From the NCBI GenBank assembly GCA_035315305.1, contig DATFXZ010000007.1, positions 1 to 49,798 on the forward strand: 49,798 bases of DNA. The letters run 5' to 3'. Position numbers and translations under genes: made by a program. Positions within the stretch are counted from its first letter, which is position 1. Each line of letters starts with the position of its first letter. Positions 28,361 to 36,940 of this stretch are shown here, in pieces. Source of the DNA: Terriglobia bacterium (GTDB lineage Bacteria > Acidobacteriota > Terriglobia > 20CM-2-55-15). The notes beneath the pieces were generated by a model. The model searched no databases and was not told the origin of the DNA. It saw nothing but the letters and a program-made list of their open reading frames with translations.

Positions 28361-29137
28361 GTGCGGACGACGCTCTTCATCGTCGTCATCCTTCTCACAA
28401 CAGCTGCATGGCTGTTGACCTATTCTACATCCCAAAACATGGGCTCCATGATGCAAATCGGAGTGCCCATGTCTCTGGGCATGGAGGGTTCAGCGAGCCT
28501 TGCGAGCTTTGTTGTATTCACAGGAATGTGGGTCGTGATGATGGTCGCTATGATGCTTCCGTCCAGCTATCCCACATTGTTGCTGCATCGAAGAATCTAT
28601 CGGAAGAGGAATTCGGGTCGACCCGGCGGGACGTTACTGTTCGCAATCGGGTACTTCTTCATCTGGGCTGCAGCCGGCGCGTTTTTCTATACGGCTTACG
28701 TTCTGATTGGGGGGCTGAGGCACAGTCTTCCGGGATCGGAGTCCTTTTTGCTCCGCGGATCGGGATTTGCGCTGCTTCTCTCAGGCCTCTACCAATGGAG
28801 CCGGCTAAAGGGCTCCTGCTTGAAGCATTGTCAAAGTCCTCTCCATTTCGTGACTGAACACTGGCGCGATGGATGGTTTGGCGCAGTCCAGATGGGAGCA
28901 GTTCACGGCATTTACTGTTCCGGTTGCTGTTGGGGGCTCATGATGATTCTCTTCGTTATGGGCGTGATGCATCTAGGCTGGATGGCAGCTATCGGCGCCC
29001 TCATCCTGCTGGAGAAACTTGCGCCTTCACGCAAATGGATCCCGCATGCCATCGGGGCGGTGTTTGTGATTGTCGGGGCAGTCGTGATGCTGTTTCCGAA
29101 GGTCCTCTCGCGGCTGTCTTCTTACGTCCTTCTGTAG
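28361..29137 (+). CDS. DUF2182 family predicted metal-binding integral membrane protein
   Basis: GTG lies 2 nt after the DUF1326 stop. Multi-pass membrane protein with Met-rich helices (WVVMMVAMMLP, CCWGLMMILFVMGVMHLGWM). It is the usual genomic partner of DUF1326. Confidence 0.75.
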   Translation: MRTTLFIVVILLTTAAWLLTYSTSQNMGSMMQIGVPMSLGMEGSASLASFVVFTGMWVVMMVAMMLPSSYPTLLLHRRIYRKRNSGRPGGTLLFAIGYFFIWAAAGAFFYTAYVLIGGLRHSLPGSESFLLRGSGFALLLSGLYQWSRLKGSCLKHCQSPLHFVTEHWRDGWFGAVQMGAVHGIYCSGCCWGLMMILFVMGVMHLGWMAAIGALILLEKLAPSRKWIPHAIGAVFVIVGAVVMLFPKVLSRLSSYVLL

Positions 29138-29158
29138 GCGTCGCCTTTATCCGACGTG

Positions 29159-31294
29159 CTACCGTACCAGCAGCGGAACGCGCGGAAAGACGAATTTCCC
29201 AGCTGCGTCATCGACTACGTTTACTTGACATGTATAGAATCCCGGCTTCAATTCTGTCAGCGGCACATCCAGTTCGAAAGCTGTCGCCTTACGCTCCGGC
29301 ACGTTCACCTGGTCAGCTTCCACGAGAGGCGTCTCATACGATTTAACTGCACCTTTATAAAATGCAACATTCGTCAACACTCGAGCCGCCGCTTTGTCCG
29401 TTGCATCCGCTGGTTTCGCCGGGTCGTACACTTCGTAATAGAAGTACAGATGCTGTCCGGATGAAAAAACATGGGTCACGTTCGGAACGATCTCGGCTCC
29501 CTCGCGTACCAAGGGGTGATTCTTTTGTTTGGCCGGCTGCTTTTGATTCGATAAAACGACGGAACTGATTTTCAATGGCGCCGCCTTCAAGTCCGGGACG
29601 TTCACCCCAGCCTCGAACGATCCCATTCGACCGGTTTGATTCTCGCGCACGACGAACTTGACGGTGTACTTGCCGGGCGGCAAAAGAAAAGCCCCGTCAT
29701 ACTGAACGTTCTTGCGCTGAACTTCTTGGGATGTGTTGACGGCGAGCTTGACCGTATCGCGGATCGTACCGAATGGACGTTTCGCCTCATCGCGCATGAC
29801 AGCGATGAGATCCAGTGTCGCGCGGTCCTGTTCACTCGCGCGCGTGAAGGGGATTTGGGAGCCCGGAACTACAACAGATACCGGTACGAAATAGCGGTTA
29901 TCCGCCATTCGGAAATATCCAGTGGACACATAGACTGGGAAATCGGTGGTCGGTACTTCCGATGTTATCTGTTCCTGGAGTTGTTGCTCACGCGATTCCT
30001 TTGTCGAATGTTGGAAGTCGGCCTCAGCATAGTAGCCCTTTCGGAACTCGACTTTTGCGTCTTTCAGATCCGGACGGTTCAAACGAACGGTAATTCGCCG
30101 GTACCTGCCGTCTTTCTGGCTATTGGAGCTGATGTATCCAAGCAGGTAATAAAACGAGGTGTCCTCATGCACCTTTGTGAACGCGGGCGCGAAATCATTA
30201 GTGTCAAGAAAGGCCCGCCCGCCGGTATCCGATGCGAGGGTGACCAGAGTTTCTTGTGACGCAAAATTCGTATCATATTGGCTTAACACGCCACGGCCGG
30301 AATAAACGGAAGTTCCGCCGCCACCACCGCCACGGCCGCCTGCTCCCCCAGGACCACCACCACCTGCAGCATTCCCGCCTGGAATGACCGCCTCCAGTCC
30401 ACGCACGTCAACGGTATAGAAGGACAGATTAGCTCTCGTGGCAGCGTTGATGGCGGCTCGCAGTTGAGTTTGGTTTTCCACGCCCGTTCGCTGCATTCCA
30501 CCGCTGAAATAAATGACCGACTTCCGCTGCGCAATGCCGCTGAGATCATTCGCAAGAGTGACCAACGCCTGAAGCCGGCGATCGGTATTGAAAATGTTGT
30601 ATTCCGTCTCATCCGGCGTAAAACCGGCTGCGGCGTCGGATGTGTCGGTTGCATCGGCATTCGGGTCCGGCGTCGCACCGTTCGCGAACCCTTCACCCAC
30701 GCCACTGCTGAATCCTGCCATGACTGCCTGTAGAGCCTCCTTATCCGCGGTGAAATCTAAATCGACCTTGAGTGAATTCGAGAGCGTTACAACAGATACG
30801 AGGTCCGCCGGCGCCATTCGTTCACGTGTGTAATCTAAAGCGGACTTAGCCGCACGCTCGATCTCTTCCGGCTGCATCGAGGTCAAGTCGAAGAAGAGCA
30901 CGATCAACCGCCGATCTTTGAGTTCGCTCTCATTCGCAGGCTTCGGCTTGGCGGTAGCCGATGCGGCAGGCGTCGGATTCGGAGTCAGGTTGCCGAGCAC
31001 CTGTGTTGTTGGTGATTCGGCTGTGACGACGGTGTCGGTGTTCTCCACGTCGATTGAAACAATCTCCTGCTTCTTTCCATCTTCGAGAATTGAGAAATCC
31101 TGCTGCTTCAGGTCCTTGATAAAATTGTCGGTCTTGTCACGGACCGTTACATTGACGAGGACCACTTCAGTGGACGTCTTGAGCGTGAACTGTCCTTGAG
31201 AAGATGAGGGCGAGACGGATGTCGAAGGCGTCTGCGACCCAACGTTCAGCGGCAGCAGGGCGGCAATCACAGAACCGAGCACGAGCTTCTTCAT
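29159..31294 (-). CDS. VWA domain protein, Acidobacterial VWFA-related (TIGR03436-like)
   Basis: Signal peptide MKKLVLGSVIAALLPLNVGSQ. Typical core VVLVNVTVRDKTDNFIKDLKQQDFSILEDGKKQEI...RRLIVLFFDLTSM. Gly-rich tract GGNAAGGGGPGGAGGRGGGGGGTS (30290-30382). Confidence 0.8.
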   Translation of the reverse strand: MKKLVLGSVIAALLPLNVGSQTPSTSVSPSSSQGQFTLKTSTEVVLVNVTVRDKTDNFIKDLKQQDFSILEDGKKQEIVSIDVENTDTVVTAESPTTQVLGNLTPNPTPAASATAKPKPANESELKDRRLIVLFFDLTSMQPEEIERAAKSALDYTRERMAPADLVSVVTLSNSLKVDLDFTADKEALQAVMAGFSSGVGEGFANGATPDPNADATDTSDAAAGFTPDETEYNIFNTDRRLQALVTLANDLSGIAQRKSVIYFSGGMQRTGVENQTQLRAAINAATRANLSFYTVDVRGLEAVIPGGNAAGGGGPGGAGGRGGGGGGTSVYSGRGVLSQYDTNFASQETLVTLASDTGGRAFLDTNDFAPAFTKVHEDTSFYYLLGYISSNSQKDGRYRRITVRLNRPDLKDAKVEFRKGYYAEADFQHSTKESREQQLQEQITSEVPTTDFPVYVSTGYFRMADNRYFVPVSVVVPGSQIPFTRASEQDRATLDLIAVMRDEAKRPFGTIRDTVKLAVNTSQEVQRKNVQYDGAFLLPPGKYTVKFVVRENQTGRMGSFEAGVNVPDLKAAPLKISSVVLSNQKQPAKQKNHPLVREGAEIVPNVTHVFSSGQHLYFYYEVYDPAKPADATDKAAARVLTNVAFYKGAVKSYETPLVEADQVNVPERKATAFELDVPLTELKPGFYTCQVNVVDDAAGKFVFPRVPLLVR

Positions 31295-31303
31295 AATGAC
31301 GTT

Positions 31304-34300
31304 CTAAAAATTAAATCGCGCCACAATTTGCATTTTCCTCATCGGTCCTACGGACGTGACTCTTCCGAAAGTGGGTGAGTTCACCGCGGTATCGATCGCG
31401 AGGAATTGTGGTGTATTGAAGATATTGGATGCCTGGGCTCGAACATCGATCGAGCGGCCATCCGCAAATGGAAACGTCTTGTTCAACGACAAATTGCCGA
31501 CGATCGTCGGAGGGCGACGGAGCGTGTTCCTTCCAACGTTCCCGAACTGTCCAGGCGGCGGCAGCATAAAGGCGGCGGTATTGAACCATTCAGCGACGCC
31601 TGGGTCGGATATGTCAGCGGGCACTCCCGTTGCGCTCGCTCTGAGGCTACCGTTGCTGCCGCGCGCCACATCGGTGAAGCTTCCAAGCACGCGGGCTGTC
31701 ACCGGATAGCCGGAGGCGATGTTCCAAGATCCGTTGAGTTGCCAGTCGCCAAACACAGTTTTCAAAAATGATTTTTCAGCCAGGAATGGTTTGTTCGTGC
31801 CGAACGGCAACTCAAAGTTGTAATCCAGGCTCAAGCGGTGCGTCTGATCGAAGTTCGAGAGGCCTCGTTCCGCGCGCAAATTGAACGCATCCTGCGCGAC
31901 AGTGCCGGTACCGCCTCCGCCGGAAACAGTGGACGCATTGTCGATTGATTTCGAGAATTGATACGTTCCACCTGCCGAAATCCCTCGCCCCAGCCGTCTT
32001 CGTATTCGGATTGCGCCAGAATGCAGTATCGAATTGGCCGCGGATGTCTCCCAATTAAAAGGTTGCACGTCGGCGAGGCGAAGTCCCGTTGCCGTGCGGT
32101 TCGGCGCCTGGATAACATCGAGCCGAGTTCCTTTGGTGCCCGTGTAGTCCAGATTGACCTGAAGGCCCATCTTGCGGATATCCCGCTGCACATCCAAATT
32201 CCACTGTTGCGCGTATCCGATGCGGTAGTTTGGGTCAATGCCATAGTTGTTCGTAACCGCGCTCGAAGCGAGCGGAAATCCATTCTGCAACGTCAGCAAT
32301 TCCGCATTCGTGTTTGTTTGCGTGAGCGAGAATGGAGGCTGGTTTGCCAACTGCAAAGCAATGGCTGCGTACGCTGCGCCGTTGTAGGTAATGCCATAGC
32401 CTGAACGAAGAACGGTGCGGTTATTGATCCTCCAGGCAATGCCAACACGCGGTGCGAAGTTATTGCGATCCGGTTTCACCAAGCTCCTGGGGAAACTTCC
32501 ATTGTACGGCCCAACCGCGCCGGGCAACACCGGCACGACCGCGGTGAACCCAGGGGCAACATCCAAATTCACAATCTGATTTCCCGTTTCGATATAGGGT
32601 GACGCGTAGTCGTAGCGCAAACCGAGATTGACCGTAAGATTGCCGCGCAACCGCCAATCATCCTGAATGTAAACGTCCCACGAGTTCCCGCGGAAGTTAT
32701 AAGTGAGATTTCCATACTGCAAAGACGTCGACTGCGGCAGTCCTAGTAAGAAGTCCGCAAAATCGTAGCCCGTGCCTTGCACTGGCACTCCGTCAAGTAC
32801 GGCAGCGGTGCGAGCGCCGGTGAACGTAAAGGTGCCGCGCGAATTTTGTGTCGAATGCGTGTTCGTTTGTTGTAGGCGGAAGTCGGTTCCCCAACGCACG
32901 TTGTGCCGACCGCGGTTCCAGATCAGCCCATCGGAGATTTGAACTGTTTGGTCACGTCGCAGCGACGAGCGGACGTCGTTTAGGCCAGTAAAATTCGTGA
33001 ACGACAAATTCGGGACACCCCAATCAAACGGATTGCGAGAAACGCCTGCGATCCCGAGAGAGCTTTCGATGTCCTGCTGGAACGCATAGAGATTCGTGGC
33101 AGTGATCCGATTCCGGTTGTAGTTCAGACTCAATTGATTCATCAAGCGTCCGATTGGACGCACGTACCCGAGAGTAGCGTTAATGCCTTTTGTATTGTTC
33201 GAACCGCCGATCGTTGGAAACGGATTATTCAGTACGCTATTCCCCGAACGAACCTGAAGACCAAAATTGATATTGCTTCCGCGCCCGCCGCGGCCCCCGC
33301 CGCCTCCACGGCCTCCGCCAAATCCACCAAAGCCGCCACGCCCGGCCCCACGGCCTCCCTGGCCTTGCTGCTGTACCGGAGTAGCAAGCGTGTGGTTGAG
33401 TCTGATATTGACGTCGTTCGAATTGTTAGTTGTAGATGTGACGTAATGAAAGTTCTGGACAATGCCGGGCAGGTTTGGTTTCGGAATGAATTGCAGCAGG
33501 CCTACAGCGGACGAATCCATCATCGACTGAGGAAGGACGTTGTTGAGAACAGCTGCATGCGTGACCGGATCGAAGATCTGCACCGGATTTCCAGCATTTA
33601 TTCCATTGCGAATCATAGATTGCGAGAAATCTCCGGTTCGCTCGAGTAATGTCGGCACCGTCGAAAACACATCGTACGGATTGTGGTTGCGGGTGCCGGT
33701 GTATGTAACGGTGTAATTAGTTGTCGTGGACTTTACAAGTTTCGGTATGACCAGTGGTCCCCCGATAGAAGCAGTAAACCGATTCTGCGTGTATTCGGGT
33801 TTGCTGCCAGGCTGGCCGGTCAAGGAGTACGGCGCAGCGTCGAGCGCAGAATCCGACAAAGTATAGGAGAGATTTCCGCGCGGTCTCGTGGAGCCAAAGC
33901 CACGGCCGCCGCGGCCGAACGCGAAGCCGCGCCCGCCGCCACGTCCGCCGCCACCGCGTTGATTACCCCCACCACGGCCGCCGCCCACAAAACCACCGGG
34001 GCCGCCCGGTCCGCTATCCGGACCGCCATTTTGTGCTGCTGCACCAAAACCTTCAGGTCCACCGCGGCCGCCTTGCCCGAATTGTTGATCGATGAATTGC
34101 TGAACTTGTTCACGGTCGAAGTTGAAGTTGTTTCCGAAAGTCGATTCTGCGGTGTTCCCCAGGACGGCGACAGATTCCGTCGGCGCATCCTGAGCGAATC
34201 CGGGCACCTGAACATCGTTTGGAGTTTGTGCCGTGAGTTCTTCCGATTGATTCTCTTGCGAAGCGTCCGAAGTTTCCGTCTGCCTTGCCTGCAGTGTTTG

Positions 34301-34450
34301 CGCGCCTCGGCCGCGGAACCCAACCGTTTGTCTTGGTTGGGCAGATGCATTTTGCGTTCGTGACGAAAGCGTGAGATCAAAATCCATGCGCACCGGTGCT
34401 GAAGCCTCACTGATCTCCGCGGTCTTCGAAGATGGTGCGAATGCCGCCAT
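31304..34450 (-). CDS. TonB-dependent-receptor-like / Oar-like outer membrane beta-barrel protein (main ORF, lacks its own signal peptide)
   Basis: 1048-aa ORF ending in the barrel-type terminus VARFNF. The same frame continues upstream through an in-frame TAA into a CarboxypepD_reg domain and signal peptide. Two RGG-type glycine tracts (33878-34078 and 33275-33370). Confidence 0.8.
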   Translation of the reverse strand: MAAFAPSSKTAEISEASAPVRMDFDLTLSSRTQNASAQPRQTVGFRGRGAQTLQARQTETSDASQENQSEELTAQTPNDVQVPGFAQDAPTESVAVLGNTAESTFGNNFNFDREQVQQFIDQQFGQGGRGGPEGFGAAAQNGGPDSGPGGPGGFVGGGRGGGNQRGGGGRGGGRGFAFGRGGRGFGSTRPRGNLSYTLSDSALDAAPYSLTGQPGSKPEYTQNRFTASIGGPLVIPKLVKSTTTNYTVTYTGTRNHNPYDVFSTVPTLLERTGDFSQSMIRNGINAGNPVQIFDPVTHAAVLNNVLPQSMMDSSAVGLLQFIPKPNLPGIVQNFHYVTSTTNNSNDVNIRLNHTLATPVQQQGQGGRGAGRGGFGGFGGGRGGGGGRGGRGSNINFGLQVRSGNSVLNNPFPTIGGSNNTKGINATLGYVRPIGRLMNQLSLNYNRNRITATNLYAFQQDIESSLGIAGVSRNPFDWGVPNLSFTNFTGLNDVRSSLRRDQTVQISDGLIWNRGRHNVRWGTDFRLQQTNTHSTQNSRGTFTFTGARTAAVLDGVPVQGTGYDFADFLLGLPQSTSLQYGNLTYNFRGNSWDVYIQDDWRLRGNLTVNLGLRYDYASPYIETGNQIVNLDVAPGFTAVVPVLPGAVGPYNGSFPRSLVKPDRNNFAPRVGIAWRINNRTVLRSGYGITYNGAAYAAIALQLANQPPFSLTQTNTNAELLTLQNGFPLASSAVTNNYGIDPNYRIGYAQQWNLDVQRDIRKMGLQVNLDYTGTKGTRLDVIQAPNRTATGLRLADVQPFNWETSAANSILHSGAIRIRRRLGRGISAGGTYQFSKSIDNASTVSGGGGTGTVAQDAFNLRAERGLSNFDQTHRLSLDYNFELPFGTNKPFLAEKSFLKTVFGDWQLNGSWNIASGYPVTARVLGSFTDVARGSNGSLRASATGVPADISDPGVAEWFNTAAFMLPPPGQFGNVGRNTLRRPPTIVGNLSLNKTFPFADGRSIDVRAQASNIFNTPQFLAIDTAVNSPTFGRVTSVGPMRKMQIVARFNF

Positions 34451-34594
34451 AGACGTCTCGACGTTGTAACTTCCAATCGCAGGCAGTCGCAGTTGATACT
34501 GCCCATTGAGATCGGTTGATGTCGTGAACTTTTCGCTGGTAGTAGTGTTTGTTGCTGTAACGGTGACGCCGGGAACAGTAGTACCTCCAGATTA

Positions 34595-34705
34595 TACGAT
34601 GCCTTGAATAGTGCCGGCCGGTGCTGGTCTCTGCGTTTGAGCCAAGACGACGATATTCGCCAGAACCAATGTGAATATTAAACCGAGGCGGTTTATAGAA
34701 TGCAC
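34595..34705 (-). pseudogene. detached 5' segment of the TBDR-like gene (signal peptide plus start of CarboxypepD_reg domain) ending at in-frame TAA 34592-34594
   Basis: GGAGG (34717-34713) lies 7 nt before GTG 34705. Translation is VHSINRLGLIFTLVLANIVVLAQTQRPAPAGTIQGIV, then TAA, then SGGTTVPGVTVTATNTTTSEKFTTSTDLNGQYQLRLPAIGSYNVETS, in frame with ATG 34450. Confidence 0.75.
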
Positions 34706-34975
34706 ACCAAGACCTCCGGTAAATAATTACGCAAACCTCCATACATGGTTACACTTACGGATGGAGCGCCTGTAAATACTTGTAAAAGAATCCTCGACCT
34801 TAAGCGAATAAATTTACAGTTCATTCATCACATCTCGCGACTACGTCGTTTCAGTTCGTCGTCCTCTACCGAAAAAATAACGATCCTTATGCGAACTTGT
34901 CCGGATGTTCGCGCCACTTTCCCTTCCGTTTAAATCGTTCGACACGCACGAAACCGAGAGTGCAGGAGTAAAAAG

Positions 34976-35935
34976 ATGAATGCCAACGCATCAGTTGCTT
35001 TGACGAAGACGGAAAGGATGATCTGGATATCCGGCGGTATTTTCACGATGGGTTCTGATCATTATTATCCTGAAGAGTCGCCGTCGCATCGAGTCACTGT
35101 CGGCGGCTTTTGGATTGATCAGACGCCTGTGACAAATGCGGAGTTCGCTCGTTTCCTGGAAGCCACCGATTATGTGACGGTGGCGGAAAAGTCCGCAAAT
35201 CCGGCCGACTATCCTGGAGCGAAGGCGGAGTTGCTGGCGCCCGCATCGGTTGTGTTTGTCAAACCTCGACGAAGAGTGGATATGCGCAACCCTTACAACT
35301 GGTGGCGCTACGTGCCTGGAGCCGACTGGCGTCATCCGTTGGGACCAAAGAGTTCGATCGAAGGCCTTGAGAATCATCCCGTCGTTCATGTCGCATATGC
35401 GGACGTCGAAGCTTATTGTCTTTGGGCTGGTAAGGAATTACCGACGGAAGCTGAATGGGAATTTGCTGCGAGAGGCGGACTGGACGAAGCGGACTATGCG
35501 TGGGGTGACGAGTTGGAGCCCGATGGTGAGATCATGGCGAACACCTGGCAGGGTGAATTCCCAATCGAAAATCTCGTCAAGGACGGGTTTGAATGGACTT
35601 CACCGGTTGGATCGTTTCCTCCGAATGGGTATGGACTCTACGACATGATTGGAAATGTCTGGGAGTGGACGTCCGATTGGTATCAGGAGCACCACGAGGC
35701 GGACCGGTCTTGCTGCAGCGACGTCAACCCTCAAGGGAGCGAACGTGAACGGAGTTATGATCCTCGGCTGCGTGGTGTCCGGATCCCAAGAAAGGTCATG
35801 AAAGGCGGGTCTTATCTTTGCTCGCCGAATTATTGTCAGCGGTATAGGCCCGCTGCGCGAATGGGGCAGCCGATCGACACATCGACGTGTCATCTAGGGT
35901 TTCGATGCATTCGGAAAATTAGTGTGTCCAGGTAA
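34976..35935 (+). CDS. formylglycine-generating enzyme (SUMF1/FGE-sulfatase) family protein
   Basis: WISGGIFTMGSDHYYPEESPSHRVTVGGFWIDQTPVTNAEFARFLEAT, GNVWEWTSDWY and GGSYLCSPNYCQRYRPAAR are hallmark FGE-family blocks. Confidence 0.88.
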   Translation: MNANASVALTKTERMIWISGGIFTMGSDHYYPEESPSHRVTVGGFWIDQTPVTNAEFARFLEATDYVTVAEKSANPADYPGAKAELLAPASVVFVKPRRRVDMRNPYNWWRYVPGADWRHPLGPKSSIEGLENHPVVHVAYADVEAYCLWAGKELPTEAEWEFAARGGLDEADYAWGDELEPDGEIMANTWQGEFPIENLVKDGFEWTSPVGSFPPNGYGLYDMIGNVWEWTSDWYQEHHEADRSCCSDVNPQGSERERSYDPRLRGVRIPRKVMKGGSYLCSPNYCQRYRPAARMGQPIDTSTCHLGFRCIRKISVSR

Positions 35936-36148
35936 ATCGCCTTTCCTTCGCCGCAAAGGGGATTTTTCCCTCATCAGGTGAGGGCGCCACCCTTACGTCT
36001 TATCCAATCCCAGAAACTAAAGGTGTTTCCGCGACTGGAAGCCCGTATGCATTTTCTGGAATTGGGGTTATTGAATCGAGGCATCGAACAAGGCGGCTGA
36101 TCGGAAGACTTGAACCGCGTCCGCAAAGGTTCAGATCCGACTCGGCCC

Positions 36149-36529
36149 CTACCGCAGACGTCTCACAATTCGGTTAACCGGACCGCGGAAGATGAGGTAC
36201 GGCACGATGGCCAGCATTGCAGCCACTACGACCGTTTGAAGCGGATGTAGCTCGTGCAAGACAAGAAGCTGGTAAATGATGTCCAGAACGGCGGCTAGGA
36301 CGAAGATCTTGCCTACAGATTTCCAACCATGGCGCAGCATTTCTGAACGCCGCTCCGGATGTGTGAACAGCGCCCAAAAATAAGGGGGCTTGTCGTTACG
36401 TGCATCCTTGAATCCGTCGCGCAGAGCAAATAGTGTGGCCATCAGCGGCTGCAGGTAGAATCGCATCGCCAGCGGTCCCGTCGGTCGCGCTGCCAGATCA
36501 TGCCAAAACTCAGAAACCGAATCGAGCAC
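36149..36529 (-). CDS. hypothetical membrane protein
   Basis: 126 aa with two C-terminal hydrophobic helices (IFVLAAVLDIIYQLLVL and VVVAAMLAIVPYLIF). It lies 15 nt downstream of the receiver gene. No family recognised. Confidence 0.55.
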   Translation of the reverse strand: MLDSVSEFWHDLAARPTGPLAMRFYLQPLMATLFALRDGFKDARNDKPPYFWALFTHPERRSEMLRHGWKSVGKIFVLAAVLDIIYQLLVLHELHPLQTVVVAAMLAIVPYLIFRGPVNRIVRRLR

Positions 36530-36544
36530 TGGACGCCTCCGGTT

Positions 36545-36940
36545 TTACAGCGAGCTTTTGCGGGGCAAAACGTTCTCCGCTAACAGATCTGTCAGAGTCG
36601 AGGCTTCAAACGGTTTGGAGATCCAATAGTTTATTTTCAACTCGGCAGCTCGGGCGGCCGGATCGACCGCCGCCGTCAGGAGGACCACAGGAATGGATGT
36701 TCCTGCTTTTGCAATGATTGCGCATGCACATTCAGCCGGTTTCATTCCCGGCATGAAGTAATCAAGTAGGACCATTTTTATTCTGCGGTGTTCACGCTCC
36801 AGAATGTGCAGTCCTTCAATGCAATCGCTCGCCTGAAGGACCGAGACCCCACACACTTGTCCGATAGTTTCAATCAGAGTGCGGAGATCCGGATCATCGT
36901 CGATGATTAGAACAGAGTCGCGGAGGGGCCTGCCGTTCAT
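36545..36940 (-). CDS. single-domain response regulator (receiver only)
   Basis: Canonical REC motifs: LIIDDDPD, MVLLDYFMPGM, VVLLTA, ISKPF. 131 aa with no output domain. Confidence 0.85.
   Translation of the reverse strand: MNGRPLRDSVLIIDDDPDLRTLIETIGQVCGVSVLQASDCIEGLHILEREHRRIKMVLLDYFMPGMKPAECACAIIAKAGTSIPVVLLTAAVDPAARAAELKINYWISKPFEASTLTDLLAENVLPRKSSL

Noticed and set aside
33134-34506. ORFs 33134..33649 (+), 33683..34363 (+), 33229..33462 (-) and 33820..34506 (-), which overlap the TBDR-like gene
   Set aside because: They run antisense to or out of frame with a long ORF that has clear family features. They stay open only because of the GC-rich Gly/Arg codon tracts (GGC/CGC/GCC repeats), and their products are low-complexity Ala/Arg/Ser strings.
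34407-34742. 111-aa ORF 34407..34742 (-) upstream of the TBDR-like ORF
   Set aside because: It is the wrong frame. The frame of the main ORF gives a textbook signal peptide and CarboxypepD_reg sequence across the same bases, interrupted only by one TAA.
35936-36148. Hairpins CCCTCA-TCAGG-TGAGGG and CCTTT/AAAGG after the FGE gene, considered as terminators
   Set aside because: The stems are only 5-6 bp and the T-run precedes the hairpin on the relevant strand instead of following it. This is too weak to call.
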